Positions 30,812 to 48,874 of a stretch of DNA of 64,000 nucleotides are shown here, in pieces. Position 1 is the first letter of the stretch, and every line of letters begins with the position of its first letter. A program made the position numbers and the translations under genes. A model generated the notes under the pieces. It was not told where the DNA came from and did no database searches. It was given only the letters and a program-made list of their open reading frames with translations. Origin of the DNA: the human T2T-CHM13v2.0 reference genome, Homo sapiens. The stretch lies in NCBI RefSeq assembly GCF_009914755.1, contig NC_060926.1; one strand, written 5' to 3'.

Positions 30812-31135
30812 TTTTTTTAATTATTATTTTTTAATTTTTAATTTTTTTGAGACAGGATCTTGCTCCATCACCCAGACTGGAGTGCAGTGGTGCAATCTTG
30901 GCTCACTGCATTCTTGACCTCATGGGCTCAAGCAATTCTCCCATCTCAGCCTCTTGAGTAGCTGGGACTACAGGCGTGTGTCACCATGCCTGGCTAATTT
31001 TTTTAAAAAAAATTTTCTGTAGAGATCAGTGTTACTATGCTGCCCTTGCTGGCCTTGAACTCCTGGGCTAAAGCATTTCTCCTGCCTTGGCCTCCCACAA
31101 TGGCTGGGATTACAGATGTGAACCACTATGCCCAA
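30812..31135 (-). mobile_element. AluJ
   Basis: TSD AAAATATKGCCTTCTTT. Confidence 0.88.
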
Positions 31136-33789
31136 AATATTGCCTTCTTTAAAAACTTTCAAGATAAAACATTTTACATCAGGCCATAAAAACAGATTTA
31201 GAACTGGAGGAAAAAGAAAAAAAAAAGTCACAGAAGCCAACAAAATTTGAAGGAGAGCATTACCATCCTAGGCCTTTCCAAAGGGATAAAAAGCTGAAAG
31301 CAGCAGAGTATGGCAGAAGGTGAACTTCTGAGATATCAATCTGAGAAATTTTAAAAAGAAGCAGATTAGGGAAGTCGAGCAAGATGGTCAAATAGAAGCA
31401 TCCAATGATTATCCCTCTCACAATCCCCTGCAGGAACAACAAATTGAACAACTATCCACATAAGAACACCTTCATAAGAACCAAAAATCAGGTGAGTAAT
31501 TATAGTGCCTGGTTTTAACACCATATTAAAGAAAGAAGCACTGAAGAGGGTAGGAGAAACAGCCTTGAATCACCTACATCACCCTTACTTCATCCCCTGG
31601 CAGTGCATAGAGAGACCCTGTGCATCTGGAAGAGAGAAAGCACAGCGAGTGTCGGGGGCTTTACATTGGAACCCAGTGCTGCCCTGTCATAGTGGAAAGC
31701 AACATGGGGCAAAACTCAGCTGGCACCCACAAAGGGAGCATTCAGACTAGCCCTAGCCAGAGGCAAATCATCCATCCTAGTGGTGGGAACCTGAGTTCTG
31801 GCAAGCCCTGCCATTATGAGCTAAAATGCTCTGGGGTCCTAAATAAACATGAAAGGCAGTTTAGGTCACAGGACCTCAATTCCCAGGCAAGGCCTGGGCT
31901 GTGCTGGCTTCAGGTCTGACCTAGCACTGTCCCATTAGTGGTGACCACAGGGGTGCTTGTGTCCACCCTCCCCCAGCTCTAAGCAGTCAGCTGAGAGAGA
32001 GAGACTTCATTTGTTTGGGGGAAAGTAGGGGAAGAGAGGAAGAGTCTCTGCCTATTGATCCAGGGAACTCTCCTGGATCTTACCCAGGTGTTGTGCTGGG
32101 CTCAGAGCCAGGAGATTTAGGAGACACACAACCCAGTGAGATACCAGCTGGGGCAGCGAAGGGAGTGTTTGCATCACCACTCCCCCAGCCCCAGGCAGTG
32201 CAGCTCACAGCTCCAACAGAGACTCCTTCCCATTGCTTGAGGAGAGAAGAGGGGAGAGTATAGAGGACTTTGTCTTATAACTTGGATACCAGCTCAGCCA
32301 CAGTAGAATAGGGCAACAGGCAGAGTCCTGAAGCCTGCATTCCAGTCTCTAGCTCCCAGACAACATTTCTAAACACACCCTGGGCCAGAAGGAACCTACT
32401 GCCCAGAAAGGAAGGATCCAGTCCTGGCAGGATTCATCACCTGCTGACTATAGAGTCCCTGGACCCTGAATAAGCAGCAGCAGTAGCTAGGTAGTACTCT
32501 CTGCAGGCCTTGGGTGAGACTCAGAGCTGTGCTGGCTTCAGGTGTGACCCAGCACATTCCCAGCTATGGTGGCTATGGAGAGAGATCCCTTCTGCTTGAG
32601 GAAAGGAGAGGGAAGAGTAAAGAGGATTTTGTCTTACAGCATGAGTACCAGCTCAGCCACAGTTGGGTAGAGCACCAAGTGGACTCCTGCGGTCGCTGAT
32701 TCTAGGCCTTGGCTCTTGGACAGCATTTCTGGACCTGCCCTAGGCCAAAGGGACCACACTGTCCTAAAAGGAGAGACTAAGGACTGGCAGAATTCACCAC
32801 AAGCTGACTGAAGAGCCCTTGGGCCTTGAGTGAACATGGTGGTAGCCTGGCAGTGCTTGCCATGGGCCTGGGAGTGAGTGGGCTATGGTGGCCATGGTGA
32901 GAGACTCCTCTTCTTGAAGTAAGGGGAGGGAGATGTGGAAAGGACTTTGTCCTGTGGCTTGGGTGCCAGCTCAGCCACAGTAGAGTAGAGCACAAGGTAG
33001 ATTTCTAAGGTTCCCAACTCCAGACCCTGGCTCCCAGACAGCATCTCTGGACCCACCGGGAACAAGGGGAACTCACTGCCCTGGAGGGAAGAACACAAGC
33101 CTAGTTGGCTTTGCCACCTGATGATTGTAGGGCCCTTGGTGCTTGAGTAAACACAGGCAGTAGCCAGGCAGTGGTCACTGCAGGCCTTGGGTGAGACCTA
33201 GGGCTGTGCTGGCTTCAGGTCTGACCCAGCACTGTCCCAGGGGTGGTGACCACAGGAGTGCTTGTGTCAACCCTCCCCCAGCTCTAAGCAGTCAGCTGAG
33301 AGAGAGAGAGATACTTCATTTGTTTGGGGGAAAGTAAGGGAAGAGAGGAAGAGTCTCTGCCTACTAATCCAGGGAACTCTCCTGGATCTTACCCAAGACT
33401 ACCAAGGCAGTACCTCTATGAGTTTGCAAGAGCCACAGCATTGCTGGGCTTTAAGTGCCTGCTAAAGCAGATATGGCTGCAGTGACCAAAGACTTAGATC
33501 ACAACATTCAAGTCCCTTTGAATACCTGGAAAGCCCTCCTAAGAAGGATGGGTACACACAAGCCCAGACTGCAAAGACTATAATAAAAACCTAACTCTTC
33601 AATGCTCAGACACTGACAAACATCCACAAGCATCAAGACCGTATAGGAAAACATGACCAAACGAAGTAAGCAAGTCACGAGAGACAAATCCCAGAGAGAC
33701 AGAGATATGTGACCTTTCAGACAAAGAATTCGAAATAGCTGTTTTGGTGACGTTTAACAAAATCCAAGATAACAGAGAGAAGGAATTTA

Positions 33790-34130
<341 letters not shown>

Positions 34131-34166
34131 TCAAGCAGAAATCCTGGAGCTGAAAAATGCAATTGA

Positions 34167-34460
<294 letters not shown>

Positions 34461-35026
34461 AACATCACAATCTCTTAACAGCAGAATTGATCAAGCAGAA
34501 GAAAGAATTAGTGAGCTTGAAGATAGGCTATTTGAAAATACACAGTTTGAGGAGACAAAAGAAAAATGAATAAAATAGAATGAAGCATACCTACAAGATT
34601 TAGAAAATAGCCTCAAAAGGGCAAATCTAAACTACTGGCCTTAAAGAGGAGGTAAAAAGAGAGATTAGGGTAGAAGTTTATTCAAAAGGATAATAAGAGA
34701 GCTTCCCAAACTTAGAGAAAGATATCAATATTCAAATACAAGAAGGTTATAGAGCACCAAGCAGATTTAACCCAAACAAAATTGCCTCAAGGCAATTACT
34801 AATCAAACTCCCAAAGGTCAAGGATAAAGAGAGGATCCAAAAAGCAGCAAAAGAAAAGAAACATACAAAGAAGCTCCAATATGTTTGCAGCAGACTTCTC
34901 AGTGGAAACCTCACAGGGCAAGAGAGAGTGGCATGACATAATAAAGCTGCTGAAGGAGAATGCAACATTTAAAACTTCCTATAATTCAATTTTATTAAGA
35001 GTAAATCAACACTTTAAAAAAATCTT

Positions 35027-35315
35027 GGGCTGGGCGCAGTGGCTTACGCCTGTAATCCCAGCATTTTGGGAGGCCCAGGCAGGTGAATCATGTGAAGTCA
35101 GGAGTTTGAGACCAGCCTGGCCAACATGGTGAAACCCCATCTCTAATTAGCCAGGCGTGATGGTGCATGACTGTAGTCCCAGCTACTCAGGAGGCCGAGG
35201 CAGGAGAATCACTTGAACCAGGAGGCAGAGCTTGCAGTGAGCTGAGATCACACCACTGCATTCCAACCTGGGCTACAGAGTGCAACTCCATCTCAGGAAA
35301 AAAAAAAGAAAGAAA
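35027..35315 (+). mobile_element. AluS
   Basis: Alu dimer. Confidence 0.85.
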
Positions 35316-35561
35316 ATATGTTGTTCTAATCAATTATTTAGTGTCTTAGTGTGTTTTTAATATCAAAGCCCAATCTCTAGAAAGATGATTATAATTTCCT
35401 TTTAATTATAGACACCTTAATCACATACAAAATTTCTTTCATAAGTTCTCCTTTTGTGAACCTTAACGTGACTTACACAGACCATTTATGACTTGCTTGG
35501 ACTTTCTGTTTTGTCCTAAGCATCCCTCTTTTTAAAATAACCAGTCATTTTACCATTTACC

Positions 35562-35700
35562 AGGGTAAAAGGAGGCATGTCCAAACTTGCCTTTCCCATC
35601 ATGGCCTGAAGTAGTCTCTCAGGTTTCTTTGGGATCCTGTTGGCCAAGAGAGAGGCCTGTTTAGCCAACTGGGGGGCTTAGAATTTTATTTTGGTTTACA
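35562..35700 (-). mobile_element. Truncated 5' LTR (U3 start) of the same provirus
   Basis: About 87% identical to 25448-25587 by manual alignment; followed by TSD ACCT. Confidence 0.85.
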
Positions 35701-35704
35701 ACCT

Positions 35705-35950
35705 CCACTCAACTAACCCCTGAGTTACAGTTGCTCTGTAAGGCCCATGTGACATTCTACTTACAGTTCACAGCTCTCTCCTGGGCTTACAGGTGAGGCT
35801 TAGGTCACAGGCACATGCTAACTTCTGGCAAAAAATGCAGAAGGCCACTGAGGGTGCCCCATGGTGTGATGACTACTCCTGACTGATCTGGTCTGTGTGC
35901 TGTAAACTCCTGAGGTTTATCGGCCAGAGAAGGAACGCTGGCCGCTGGCC
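35705..35950 (-). mobile_element. Putative decayed Gypsy/Ty3 integrase core, the continuation across the provirus
   Basis: Minus-strand LADKPQEFTA, then HPQ, then VTWA/YRATV, in integrase order with frameshifts. Confidence 0.45.
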
Positions 35951-35964
35951 ACAGTTCATTTAAT

Positions 35965-36282
<318 letters not shown>

Positions 36283-36689
36283 TAATTAATTCTATCAGTG
36301 GGAATGAAGGTAAATTCCATGTTCTTCCTCATAATAAGGTCTCATAGTGTCTTTATATATGTTTTTAGTGTTTTTACCCTTTAACTGTTAACTTTTGCAT
36401 TTAACTAAACCTACAAAGCAACCCAAAAAGCCCAAAGTCCAAGATTTATCTCTGATCACTTCCTGGACTTTCCACACTTACTAGAGAACAAAGCTCACTC
36501 CTGCTTTTCCTCCATCTGCCTTGTCAGTATTGCCAAGAATTTTAGTTTTGTTTCTTAAAAGAACACATAAGAATTCAATTCTCTCAAGTTTTAAAAACCT
36601 ATTACCCTCATATTGCTACTCATTTCTGTGCCTGCTGCTCTTTCCTGAGTCTGACTCCTTCCCCCGGGCTCTGGGAGTGGTGAGGACGT

Positions 36690-36920
36690 ACACAGGCTTC
36701 AAAGCCAGGCTGCCTGGTGTAGAGCCTTGACTGCCACTTTACAGCTGTGTGATCTTGGATAAGTAACTCAACCTTTCTGTGCTTCAGTTTTCTTTTGTGT
36801 AAAATCAGGGTAATTATAGTAGCTCCCTCAAGATTGCTGTGAGAATTAAATGACTTTTGGGCTTTGAACACTATCTTTGCATATAGTAAGTATTCAATAA
36901 GTGTTTGCTGTTATTATTAT
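36690..36920 (+). mobile_element. MIR
   Basis: AGCTGTGTGATCTTGGATAAGTAACTCAACCTTTCTGTGCTTCAGTTTTC. Confidence 0.7.
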
Positions 36921-36959
36921 TTTTCTATACTATGTCCTTTTCATCAATGGTCTTTCAGT

Positions 36960-37420
36960 TATAGTTCTCAGGTGCTTTTAAATGATAGTTTATGTGGGTA
37001 CAGATTTTTAGGTTGATGGTTATTTATCATCAGCACTAACTTCCATTATTACCGGTTGTCCTCTGGCACTTGTTTTTGGCGATGAAAAGTCAGGGGTCCA
37101 TCTAATCATCATTCCTTTGTAAGCAATCTCTACTTTCTTTCTGGGAGCTTTAAGAGTTTTCCTCTTCAGCTTTGATTTTCTGTTGTTCCATCGTAATGTG
37201 TAGGTGTAAGTTTACTTTCACTTTTCCTGCTCTGTACCTCCTGTTACTGTTAATCTGAAGGATTCTGCCTTTGTCAAAGTCTATCAGTGTATTAGCTATT
37301 ATCTCTTCAAATAGCACTTCTCTTCCATTTCCTTTGTTCACTTCTGGGACTCCTGTTTGAAGTAGTTTGGAACCTCTCCACATATTGTCTGTGTCTCTCA
37401 ATGGCTATTTTCATATTGGA
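36960..37420 (-). mobile_element. Old L1M (ORF1-region) fragment
   Basis: T-rich antisense L1; minus ORF contains GVPE...EVLFEEIIA (L1 ORF1-like). Confidence 0.6.
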
Positions 37421-39068
37421 TAATATTATCATATTTAATATTCACTATTAGCACAGTTAGGATAATAAAGAAGTGGGTCGTTATATTTGAAGAGTGTCCA
37501 GGAAGTTATGTTTTCAAAATTATCTCATAAAAATCATCATCTGCCTGATACTGCTCTTGTCTAATATAGGGCTGCCATTACAAAGGAAAAGATGTCTGAC
37601 TCAAGCATTCAGTTGATTCTGTTTGCCTTACGTTTGGTTCAGTGATAGGTTATCCCTAAATCATGAAGACCTCTGGCCAACTCCCATACTCCTCTTCTCT
37701 CTCTCTTTTAATAGATGAGGAAACTAAGGCCAAACAGTTCATTGATTTCCGGAGAGACACGTCTGTAAATCTTATTCCCCTCTAGGGCCAGCATGTTTTC
37801 ATCTTCTCCTTTGCGGCCACCTGAGACCAAACTAGCACCATCTCTCACCTGGACCACTGCAGTTAACTGTTCTTCTACACCCATTTTTGTTCTTTATTTC
37901 CACCCACATGGGTCAGTGAAGCCAGAGTGACCTCTTAAAAATAAAAATCTGATCATGATTTCCCCTCCTAAAACTCTTTTTTTAAAAAATAGACTACTTT
38001 TTAGAGCCAGTTTTAGGTTCATAGCAAAATTGCCTAGATGTTCCACAGTTTACTTATTCATTCACTTACTGAAGGACATCATGGTTGCTTCCAAGTTTTA
38101 GCAACTATGAATAAACCTGCTATAAACATCAGTGTGCAGGTTTCTGTAAGGACGTAAGTTTTCAACTCCTTTAGGTGAACACCAAGGAGCACAACTGCTG
38201 GATTGTTTGGTAACAGGATGTTTAGCTTTGTAGAAAATGACTAAACCATCTTCCAAAGTAGCTGTATCATTTTGCATTTCTACTAGCAATGAATGGAGAG
38301 ATCCTGTTGCTGAACATCCTCATCAGCATTTGGTGCTGTCAGTGTTTCAAATTTTTTTGTTAGTATTAACATGGTATGTCTTTCTCCATCTGTTACTTTT
38401 AATATTTACATGTCTTTATATTCAAAGTGGGTTTCTTATAGACAACATATTGATAAGTCTTTTATGAACCACCTTGACAATCACTGTCTTTTAATTGGTA
38501 TATTTAGGCCATTGATGTTAAAGTGATCATTGATATAGTCTGATGGACATCTACCATATTTGTTACTGTTTTCTATTTGTTAACCTTATTTCTTTTCTTC
38601 TCTTTCTTTCCATGCCCCTTGCCAGCGGGGATCTATTTTTTTGTCTGTCATTCTTTTTCTGCCTTTTATGGTTTTAAATAAGCCTTTTATGTTATTCCAT
38701 TTTCTCTTATTTTTTGGCTATACTTCTTTTGTCACTTCTTTATAGTGATTGCTCTAGAGTTTACATTATACTTTTACAACTAATCCAAGCCAACTTCCAA
38801 ATAACCCTATACCATTTCACAGGTAGAGTGAGTATCATATAAGAGCAAAATAATCCTAATTCCTCCCTCCTGATCTTTACATCATTGCTGTCATTTATTT
38901 CACATATATAAGTATATATAGACTATGATATATATGTAATATATAATGTGCATATATGTATAATATACAGAACATATACATAAGCATACACAATTGAATG
39001 CATTATTTCTGTTATTATTTTGAATGAACTGTTACCTGTTAGGTCAATTAAGAATAAGAAAAATAAAA

Positions 39069-39418
<350 letters not shown>

Positions 39419-39419
39419 G

Positions 39420-39724
<305 letters not shown>

Positions 39725-39942
39725 TGAAGGATAATTTTTCTGGGTGCAGAATCTTGGGTTGGTGGTCTTTTTCTCTCAACACTTTAAATATTGCACTCCA
39801 CTATCTTTTTGCTTGCATAATTTCTGATTAGAGTTGGATATAATTCTTATCTTTGGTCTTCTGTAGGTAAGAATATTTTTCCCTCTGGCTTTTTTAGAAT
39901 TTTTCTTTCCTTTGATTACCTGTAATATAAAAATGATATGGT

Positions 39943-40218
39943 GGCCTGGCGTGGTGGCTCACGCCTGTAATCCCAGCACTTTGGGAGGCCAAGGCGTCAC
40001 AAAGTCAGGAGTTCAAGACCAGCCTGGCCAAGATGGTGAAACTCCGTCTCTACTAAAAATACAAAAATTAGCCAGGCGTGGTGGCGGGAGGCTACTTGGG
40101 AGGCTGAGGCAGAGAATTGCTTGAACCCAGGAGGCAGAGTTTGCATTGAGCCGAGATCGGGCCACTGCACTCCAGCCTGGGTGACAGAGCGAGACTCTGT
40201 CTCAAAAAAAAAAAAAAA
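39943..40218 (+). mobile_element. AluS
   Basis: TSD AAAATGATATGG. Confidence 0.88.
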
Positions 40219-40610
40219 TGATATGGCAAGGGGTGATTTTTTGCCCTTATGCTCTTTGGGGTTTTCCAAGCTTTCTAGATCTGTGGTTTGGTATCAGACA
40301 TTAATTGGGGGAAATTATCAGATATTGTTGTTTCAAATATTTCTTCTGTTCTTTTCTGTCTTTCTTCTCATTTTAGTATTCCCATTATGAGTTTGTTATA
40401 CCTTTCGTAGTTGTCCCAGTTCTTGGATATTTTGTACTGTTTTGGGGTTTTTTTTTTCAGTCTTTGTTCTCTTTGCTTTTCAGTTTTAGAGGTTTCTACT
40501 GACGTAGTCTCAAGTTCAGAAATTCTTTCCTCAGCCATGTCCAATCTGCTAACAAGCCCCACAAAGACATTCTTTATTTCTGTCACAGTGTTTTGAAAAT
40601 CTCTAGCATT

Positions 40611-40611
<1 letters not shown>

Positions 40612-40643
<32 letters not shown>

Positions 40644-40924
40644 AGACAGAGTCTCACTCTGTTGCCCAGGCTGGAGTGCAATGGGGTGATTTTAGCTCAC
40701 TGCAACCTCTGCCTCCTGGGTTAAAGTGATTCTCCTGCCTCAGTCTCCCAAGTAGCTGGGATTACAGGCGTGTGCCACCACGCCCGGCTAATTTTTGTAT
40801 TTTTAGTAGAGATGGGGTTTCACCATTTTGGCCCGGCTGGTCTTGAACTCCTGACCTCAGGTGATCCACCCTACTTGGCCTCCCAAAGTGTTGGGATTAC
40901 AGGTATGAGCCACCGTGCCTGGCC
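40612..40924 (-). mobile_element. AluS
   Basis: Long T tract plus antisense dimer. Confidence 0.9.
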
Positions 40925-41429
40925 TGTTTTTGTTTATTTTAGGATTTCTGTCTCTGCTTACATTGTCCATCTGTTCTTGCACACTGCCTGCTTTATTCAG
41001 TAGAGCCCTTAGCATGTGAATTATTGTTATTTGAAATTCCCTCTCTGGTAACTTCAACATTCCTGTGGTGCCTGTTTCTTCAAACTGTGTTTTTTGCCTT
41101 TTAGTATGCCTTGTAATTTTTTCGTGATAGCCAAGCATGGTGTATTGGGTAGAAAGAAGTTATAAACAGGCTTTTAGTGATGAGGTGGTGAGGTGTGGTG
41201 GGGAAAGGAAGCTATATTTCTTAAGTTTTTCTCTTTGTCTCTTATCTAACGAGGACATGCTGGTCACATTGATATAGTTTAGACTTCCAAATGAATTCTC
41301 CCCTTCCAGTGACTCAGGCTGTCCCTCTTCTCCTTCTCACTGCCATCTCATATGCTATCACTTTGTGCCTAGTCTCCTGTCTGCTCCAGCTCCCTTCAGC
41401 ATTTCCTCATTTCATGTGATTTCGCTGTG

Positions 41430-42050
41430 ACAATGAAATACTTTCAATTTCAAGGGATAGATAACTCAGACAAATGTAAGCAATGGAAGTGATTTATTGG
41501 CTAAAAAGTCCAAGGTATGATAGGCTTCAGGGGAGGTTTAATTTAGTTGTTCAGCCATGTTATACAAGACCTGCCTTCTTTACCTTTCTCTTCTCTGTCT
41601 TCAGTCTTGTCAACTTCATTCTAGATCTTGCTTCTCTCAGGGTGGCAAAATGAATCTAGAGATTCAGGTTTCATATCCCTATACCATTCTGCCCAGAAGA
41701 GGAGAGAGTGTCCTCTGTGGTGGCTCTCAGAAAAGTAAGAAAGTGTCTTTCTAGAAGCCCCAGTGAACATCCTTTGCATGTTACTAGACAACATTTGCCA
41801 GATGCCCTTCCTGAATCAACATCTGTGCCTGCGAAAGAGCATGCACTAGTTGGCTTAGGTCTGGGTTGTATGAACCAATACTGTGGAAAGAGAGATAGGA
41901 TAACCTGATGGACTTCGACTCATACAGCTGGGAGTGCAATCAGATTCTCCTTAAACATGTGAGAGAAGTAGGCATCTGATGGAAAACCTGGACAGAGTGT
42001 GGACCAAGGACAGGGAAAATGGATGCCAAGTAGCTAAAAATGCCCACTAC
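41430..42050 (-). mobile_element. MLT1K/L-like MaLR LTR
   Basis: GATTTATTGGCT...AGGCTTCAGG and CAAGACC motifs typical of old MLT1 in reverse. Confidence 0.5.
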
Positions 42051-42116
42051 CCTTGTACGTGGTTACTTCAAAAATCCTAATAAAACACCATTTTTATTTT
42101 ATTGCTCTACTGCTCT

Positions 42117-43222
<1,106 letters not shown>

Positions 43223-43669
43223 TGACCTAATTTTATTGGCATTATTTACTGTATCTAAGCTCTCTAATCTGATCAAATCAGTTTACTCATCCACCCTAAA
43301 TATTGCACAATCATTGTCCACTTTTCTCTTTTCTTTCGTTCATGCCTAATCCACCCTGGAATGCTCTCCTGTCTCATGTATCTTCAAAGGCCCATCTGAA
43401 GTCCACGGAGCCTTCCTTGTTACCTTTATCGGCACAGGGGCCTTCTTTCCTACCTTTATTGCCTCTATCAATCACACACTAAGGCATTCTGAGTCTGTAT
43501 ATATTTTATAAATATGTCATATGTATACCATCTTTTTTGTTCAATTTAATGTAAACCTCCTGAATATTAGTCTTAGTGATATAATATTTTCTATAAGGTA
43601 TTCCCTTATAGAATTTCAAGTAACGGTGGACCAAGAAAAGGCACTTAACTAATAATTACTAGTCCTGTC

Positions 43670-44630
<961 letters not shown>

Positions 44631-44659
44631 TTTATTCTCTTTTGAAATAAAAAGGAATA

Positions 44660-44895
44660 CACTGTCACAAAATGTATTCACTGTCACAAAATGCATTTGC
44701 CATGTGCCTATTCTCATGGTTTCACTTCTTAGGGTTTTGCCAAAGAATCTGCTCTTAGGGGTTGCATTAGGTTCACTGTCACAAAAATGCATTTGTATTC
44801 ACAGTCACAAAAATGCATTTACCATGTGCTTATTCTCATGGTTTTACTTCTTAGGGTTTTGCCAAAAAATCTGCTCTTAGGGGTTGCATTAGGTT
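44660..44895. repeat. ~115-120-bp tandem duplication with internal subrepeat
   Basis: Copies 44660-44773 and 44774-44895; CACWGTCACAAAA occurs four times. Confidence 0.9.
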
Positions 44896-45340
44896 CCAAT
44901 GGCTGCTATAACCAAGTGGCACAAAATGAGTAGCTTAAAACAACAGAAATGTATTCTGACACCATTCAGGAGGCCAGAAGTCCCAAATCAAAGTGTGGGT
45001 AAGCTTAGTTCCTCCTAGAAGCTCCGAGGGAGAAACCTCCTCATGCCTCTTTCTTAGCTTCTGGCGACCCGGCAATCCTTGGTGTTCCTTGCCTGGTGGG
45101 TGCATTGCTCCAATCTCTGCCTCCGTCTTCACATCACTTGCTTCTCTGTGTGTCTCTGTGCTTGCTGTTTTGACTCTTATAAAGACAATCATTAGATTTA
45201 CGGTCCACTCTAATCCAGTGAGGTCTCGTCTTGATCCTTAACTAATAACATCAGCAGTAACTCTATTTCTATACAAAGTCGCATTCTGAGGTTCTGCATG
45301 GATATGCACTTTTCAGAGACACTACTTGCCCCACGCTAGA
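44885..45340 (-). mobile_element. MLT1B/C-like MaLR LTR
   Basis: TGCATTAGG...GCTTAAAACAACAGAAATGTATTCT...GGAGGCCAGAAGTCC. Confidence 0.8.
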
Positions 45341-45399
45341 GCTTTAGAATACAACACAGAAACTTACAATCTACTCTTGCTGTAATGTAATGCACATAC

Positions 45400-46280
45400 G
45401 TTGTTTTTTCGGTGGCCAGCAACCAAGAGCACCCTTCCCAGGAGTACCCCAATTTCCTATTGCATCTTCCAGTTGGAGGACAGTCTTGATCGGAATGTAA
45501 CTCAATATTTCTCATCTCCTCTCTGCAACCAAGGAGCTACATGTGACCCAAAGTAAGACAACTGGACTCCTGGGATAACTTCTTTTCCCAAATGTATGCT
45601 ATTTTATGTTTTGGCAAACTTTCAAGAGAGCTTTCATTCCATACTAAATTTCCTTTTTTTTTTAGAGAGAGAAGATCTCTGTCAGTCACTCAGACTGGAG
45701 TACAGTGGTGCGATCACCACTCACTGTATGCAGCTTTGAACTCCCTGGCTCAAGCAATCCTCCCACCTTAGCCTCCCAAGTAGCTGGTACTACAGATGTG
45801 CACCACCACGCCTGGCTAACTTATTTATTTATTTATCTGTAGAGACACTGTCTCACTATGTTGCCCAGGCTGGTCTCGAATTCCTGGACTCAAGTGATTC
45901 TCTTGCCTTGGCCTCCCAAAGTGCTGGGATTACAGGCATGAGCCACTGCACCTGGTCTCACATATTTTTAGTACTATAAATCTGTGAATGCCCAGCAAAC
46001 ATCAAGCAGACTGGACTCTTGGAACTTTTCATCTTGAGTGGAGGCGCATAAGGAATGGGAAAATATTGGAACACATATACTGGAGGAGCAGCACCCAGAT
46101 AAGATCCTTCAGTTGTTCATGCTGCCTGGACTCCAGGAATTGCCTTCATTCCTGTCTTGTGTCCTGATTTGGCTCTCCAGCCTCCCATCTATCCTGAGTT
46201 CCTAGCTAGCACCCTGTTAAAAGTCTCTTTTTGCTTCTGTTAGTCAGAATCCATTTCCATCATTTGCATCCAAAGACATT
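45400..46280 (+). mobile_element. Old ERVL/MaLR-type LTR (LTR33-like), split by an Alu
   Basis: CATGTGACCCAA motif and 3' end GTTAGTCAGAATCCATTTC...TTGCATCCAAAGA. Confidence 0.4.
45655..45958 (-). mobile_element. AluJ
   Basis: Antisense dimer. Confidence 0.85.
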
Positions 46281-47741
46281 CAACTATTACACCGAGATCC
46301 AAGATTTTTTTCAGCACTGTCGCTGTTTTGCATATTTAGCTCTGAGTTCTGACATGCTGAGTTTACTACTATATGAGATACTACCTTCAAAATGTCAATT
46401 TCATCCAAACCCACACATTAGTGCAATTACAAGACAGTACATTAGCATTATTATTAATTTATTTATAACCCAGCTTGTTCCAAAAGGATTTCATTGTGTT
46501 AAATTATCCTACAGAGGTATGGCAAGAAAAAAAACATTTAAAATAAGGAACAAAAATGAAACAAAGGAAGAATAAGAGGTAGAAAAGTGAGATGAAGCCA
46601 CAAGAGAACCTAATCCATAAAAATGGTTACTGCCAAGGCTAGACAATAGGTAGGGGAAAGATGCAGTATCGTGAAAAGGTCTGCAGGCTACAGTTGTTGC
46701 CATGGTATTTGGCAACAATATTTTCTATTTTTCATAGTTCCTTCTCAACCTGAATTTCTGTTAAAAGCTTGCAATCTCTCGACATTAAAATGGGACCATG
46801 AGATAATTAAGCAGTTGCCAAATGGGAACTAACTGAATAACAGAAAAGAATACATTTGCTTAAAGTCTTTACGTTATTACTTTAAAGATGGTAAAAACCC
46901 TGAGATATCTGCTTTAATCTTCATCTCTCTTTCTTTCTCTTTCTTTTGTTTTTTTTGGTTAATATTAGTCAAAACCTGGAAGCTGCAGTGCCTTATTTCA
47001 AGTTATGATTTTTTAAATTTTGCTTTTCACAATAGATGGACCTTGAAAAATTTATTCTGTTATCTGTTTTTACAAATTCAAACACTCTAAATGGAAGACA
47101 GAAACTATTTAAAAGAAGATTTATAGTCAATCTTTTTGCAAACCAGGCATTACATTTTTACTTATTATTTTAGCGATGTGGGGTTTTCACATGTTATAGA
47201 AATGTCAGTTCCCGTCTTGCAGTTTTTATCAAGAAAGCAAAGCTCAGATTTTAAATGCAAATACTGCATAAAGATATTGCTCATACATAGTAACATAGTA
47301 AACACAATCATGCTGATCTTCATTATTGTAATGACGATTTTCCCATTTTAATATTTATTGCATTTTTTTTTCTATCAAACCTTTTCCAAAAAGGATCGGA
47401 GGCAACTATGGAATACATCACAAGTGCCACCTAGTGCTTCCTTTGAAAATAATGCTTTTTTTTTTTGGTCTTCAGAAATAGGAACAAAACAAGATGTAGA
47501 ACACCCATGCTCGTAGGCTGGATCTTGCTTAAGTAGTTCTGCTTCCTAAAAATGAGTGCATTTGTTTTCAGCCAAAACATATGTTGAAAGAAGAATTTGG
47601 AAGTGAGTTTCCTTGACTGTGCTCAGACCTCCCAATACTGCTTGGTTTTAATTCTACATAGGTAGACATGGCATTAAGTAAAGGATGCTAAAGAAAGGAA
47701 ACATAAAATAAGGAATTTCATTAAACAAGAAGTAGCAGTAA

Positions 47742-48313
<572 letters not shown>

Positions 48314-48874
48314 TGAAGAGGAAGAGGAAAAGAAGAAGGAGGAGGACAAGAATGAGGCTGAAAAGTATGTGTACAATGATCAAACAGCAATACTAGATAA
48401 AAGCTTTCACCATTTTCCTGGTTCACAGACCAGAAAACTTTGGAACCATCCCCTCTCCTCTATCCAATCCTGGTACTTGGGTCCTATAGCATCCTCCTTT
48501 GGAATGCCTTCCTGATTTGTTTTTTCCTTCCCTATTGTGGGTTTACTCCTCCACCTCATACCTGGAAAATGGCAACAGACATACCACTTGGCCTCCTTCC
48601 TCTCCTACTGCCAGGCTACCTTGCCTAAAATGCTGCCTTTAACTTTTCATTCTCTTCCTTAAGAACAAGTTGTGGCTCTCTGGTGCTTCTCAGACCACGG
48701 GTACACATCTCAGAGACTAATTTTGAAGATCTTTCCTAATCTACACAGACTTTATTCAATTTGATGAGCCATTACACTGCAACACTAAATTTTTACTCCT
48801 AGAGAGCAGGTCTCTCTTTACATTGGAAGCAAGGGGGCACATTATGCTTTCATTTCCTTTTTAAAAAATTACGT

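Noticed and set aside
32250-33200. Regularly recurring CAGCTCAGCCACAGT units resembling an array
   Set aside because: Degenerate monomers of an old L1 5'UTR; no constant repeat/unique spacer structure; eukaryotic context, not CRISPR
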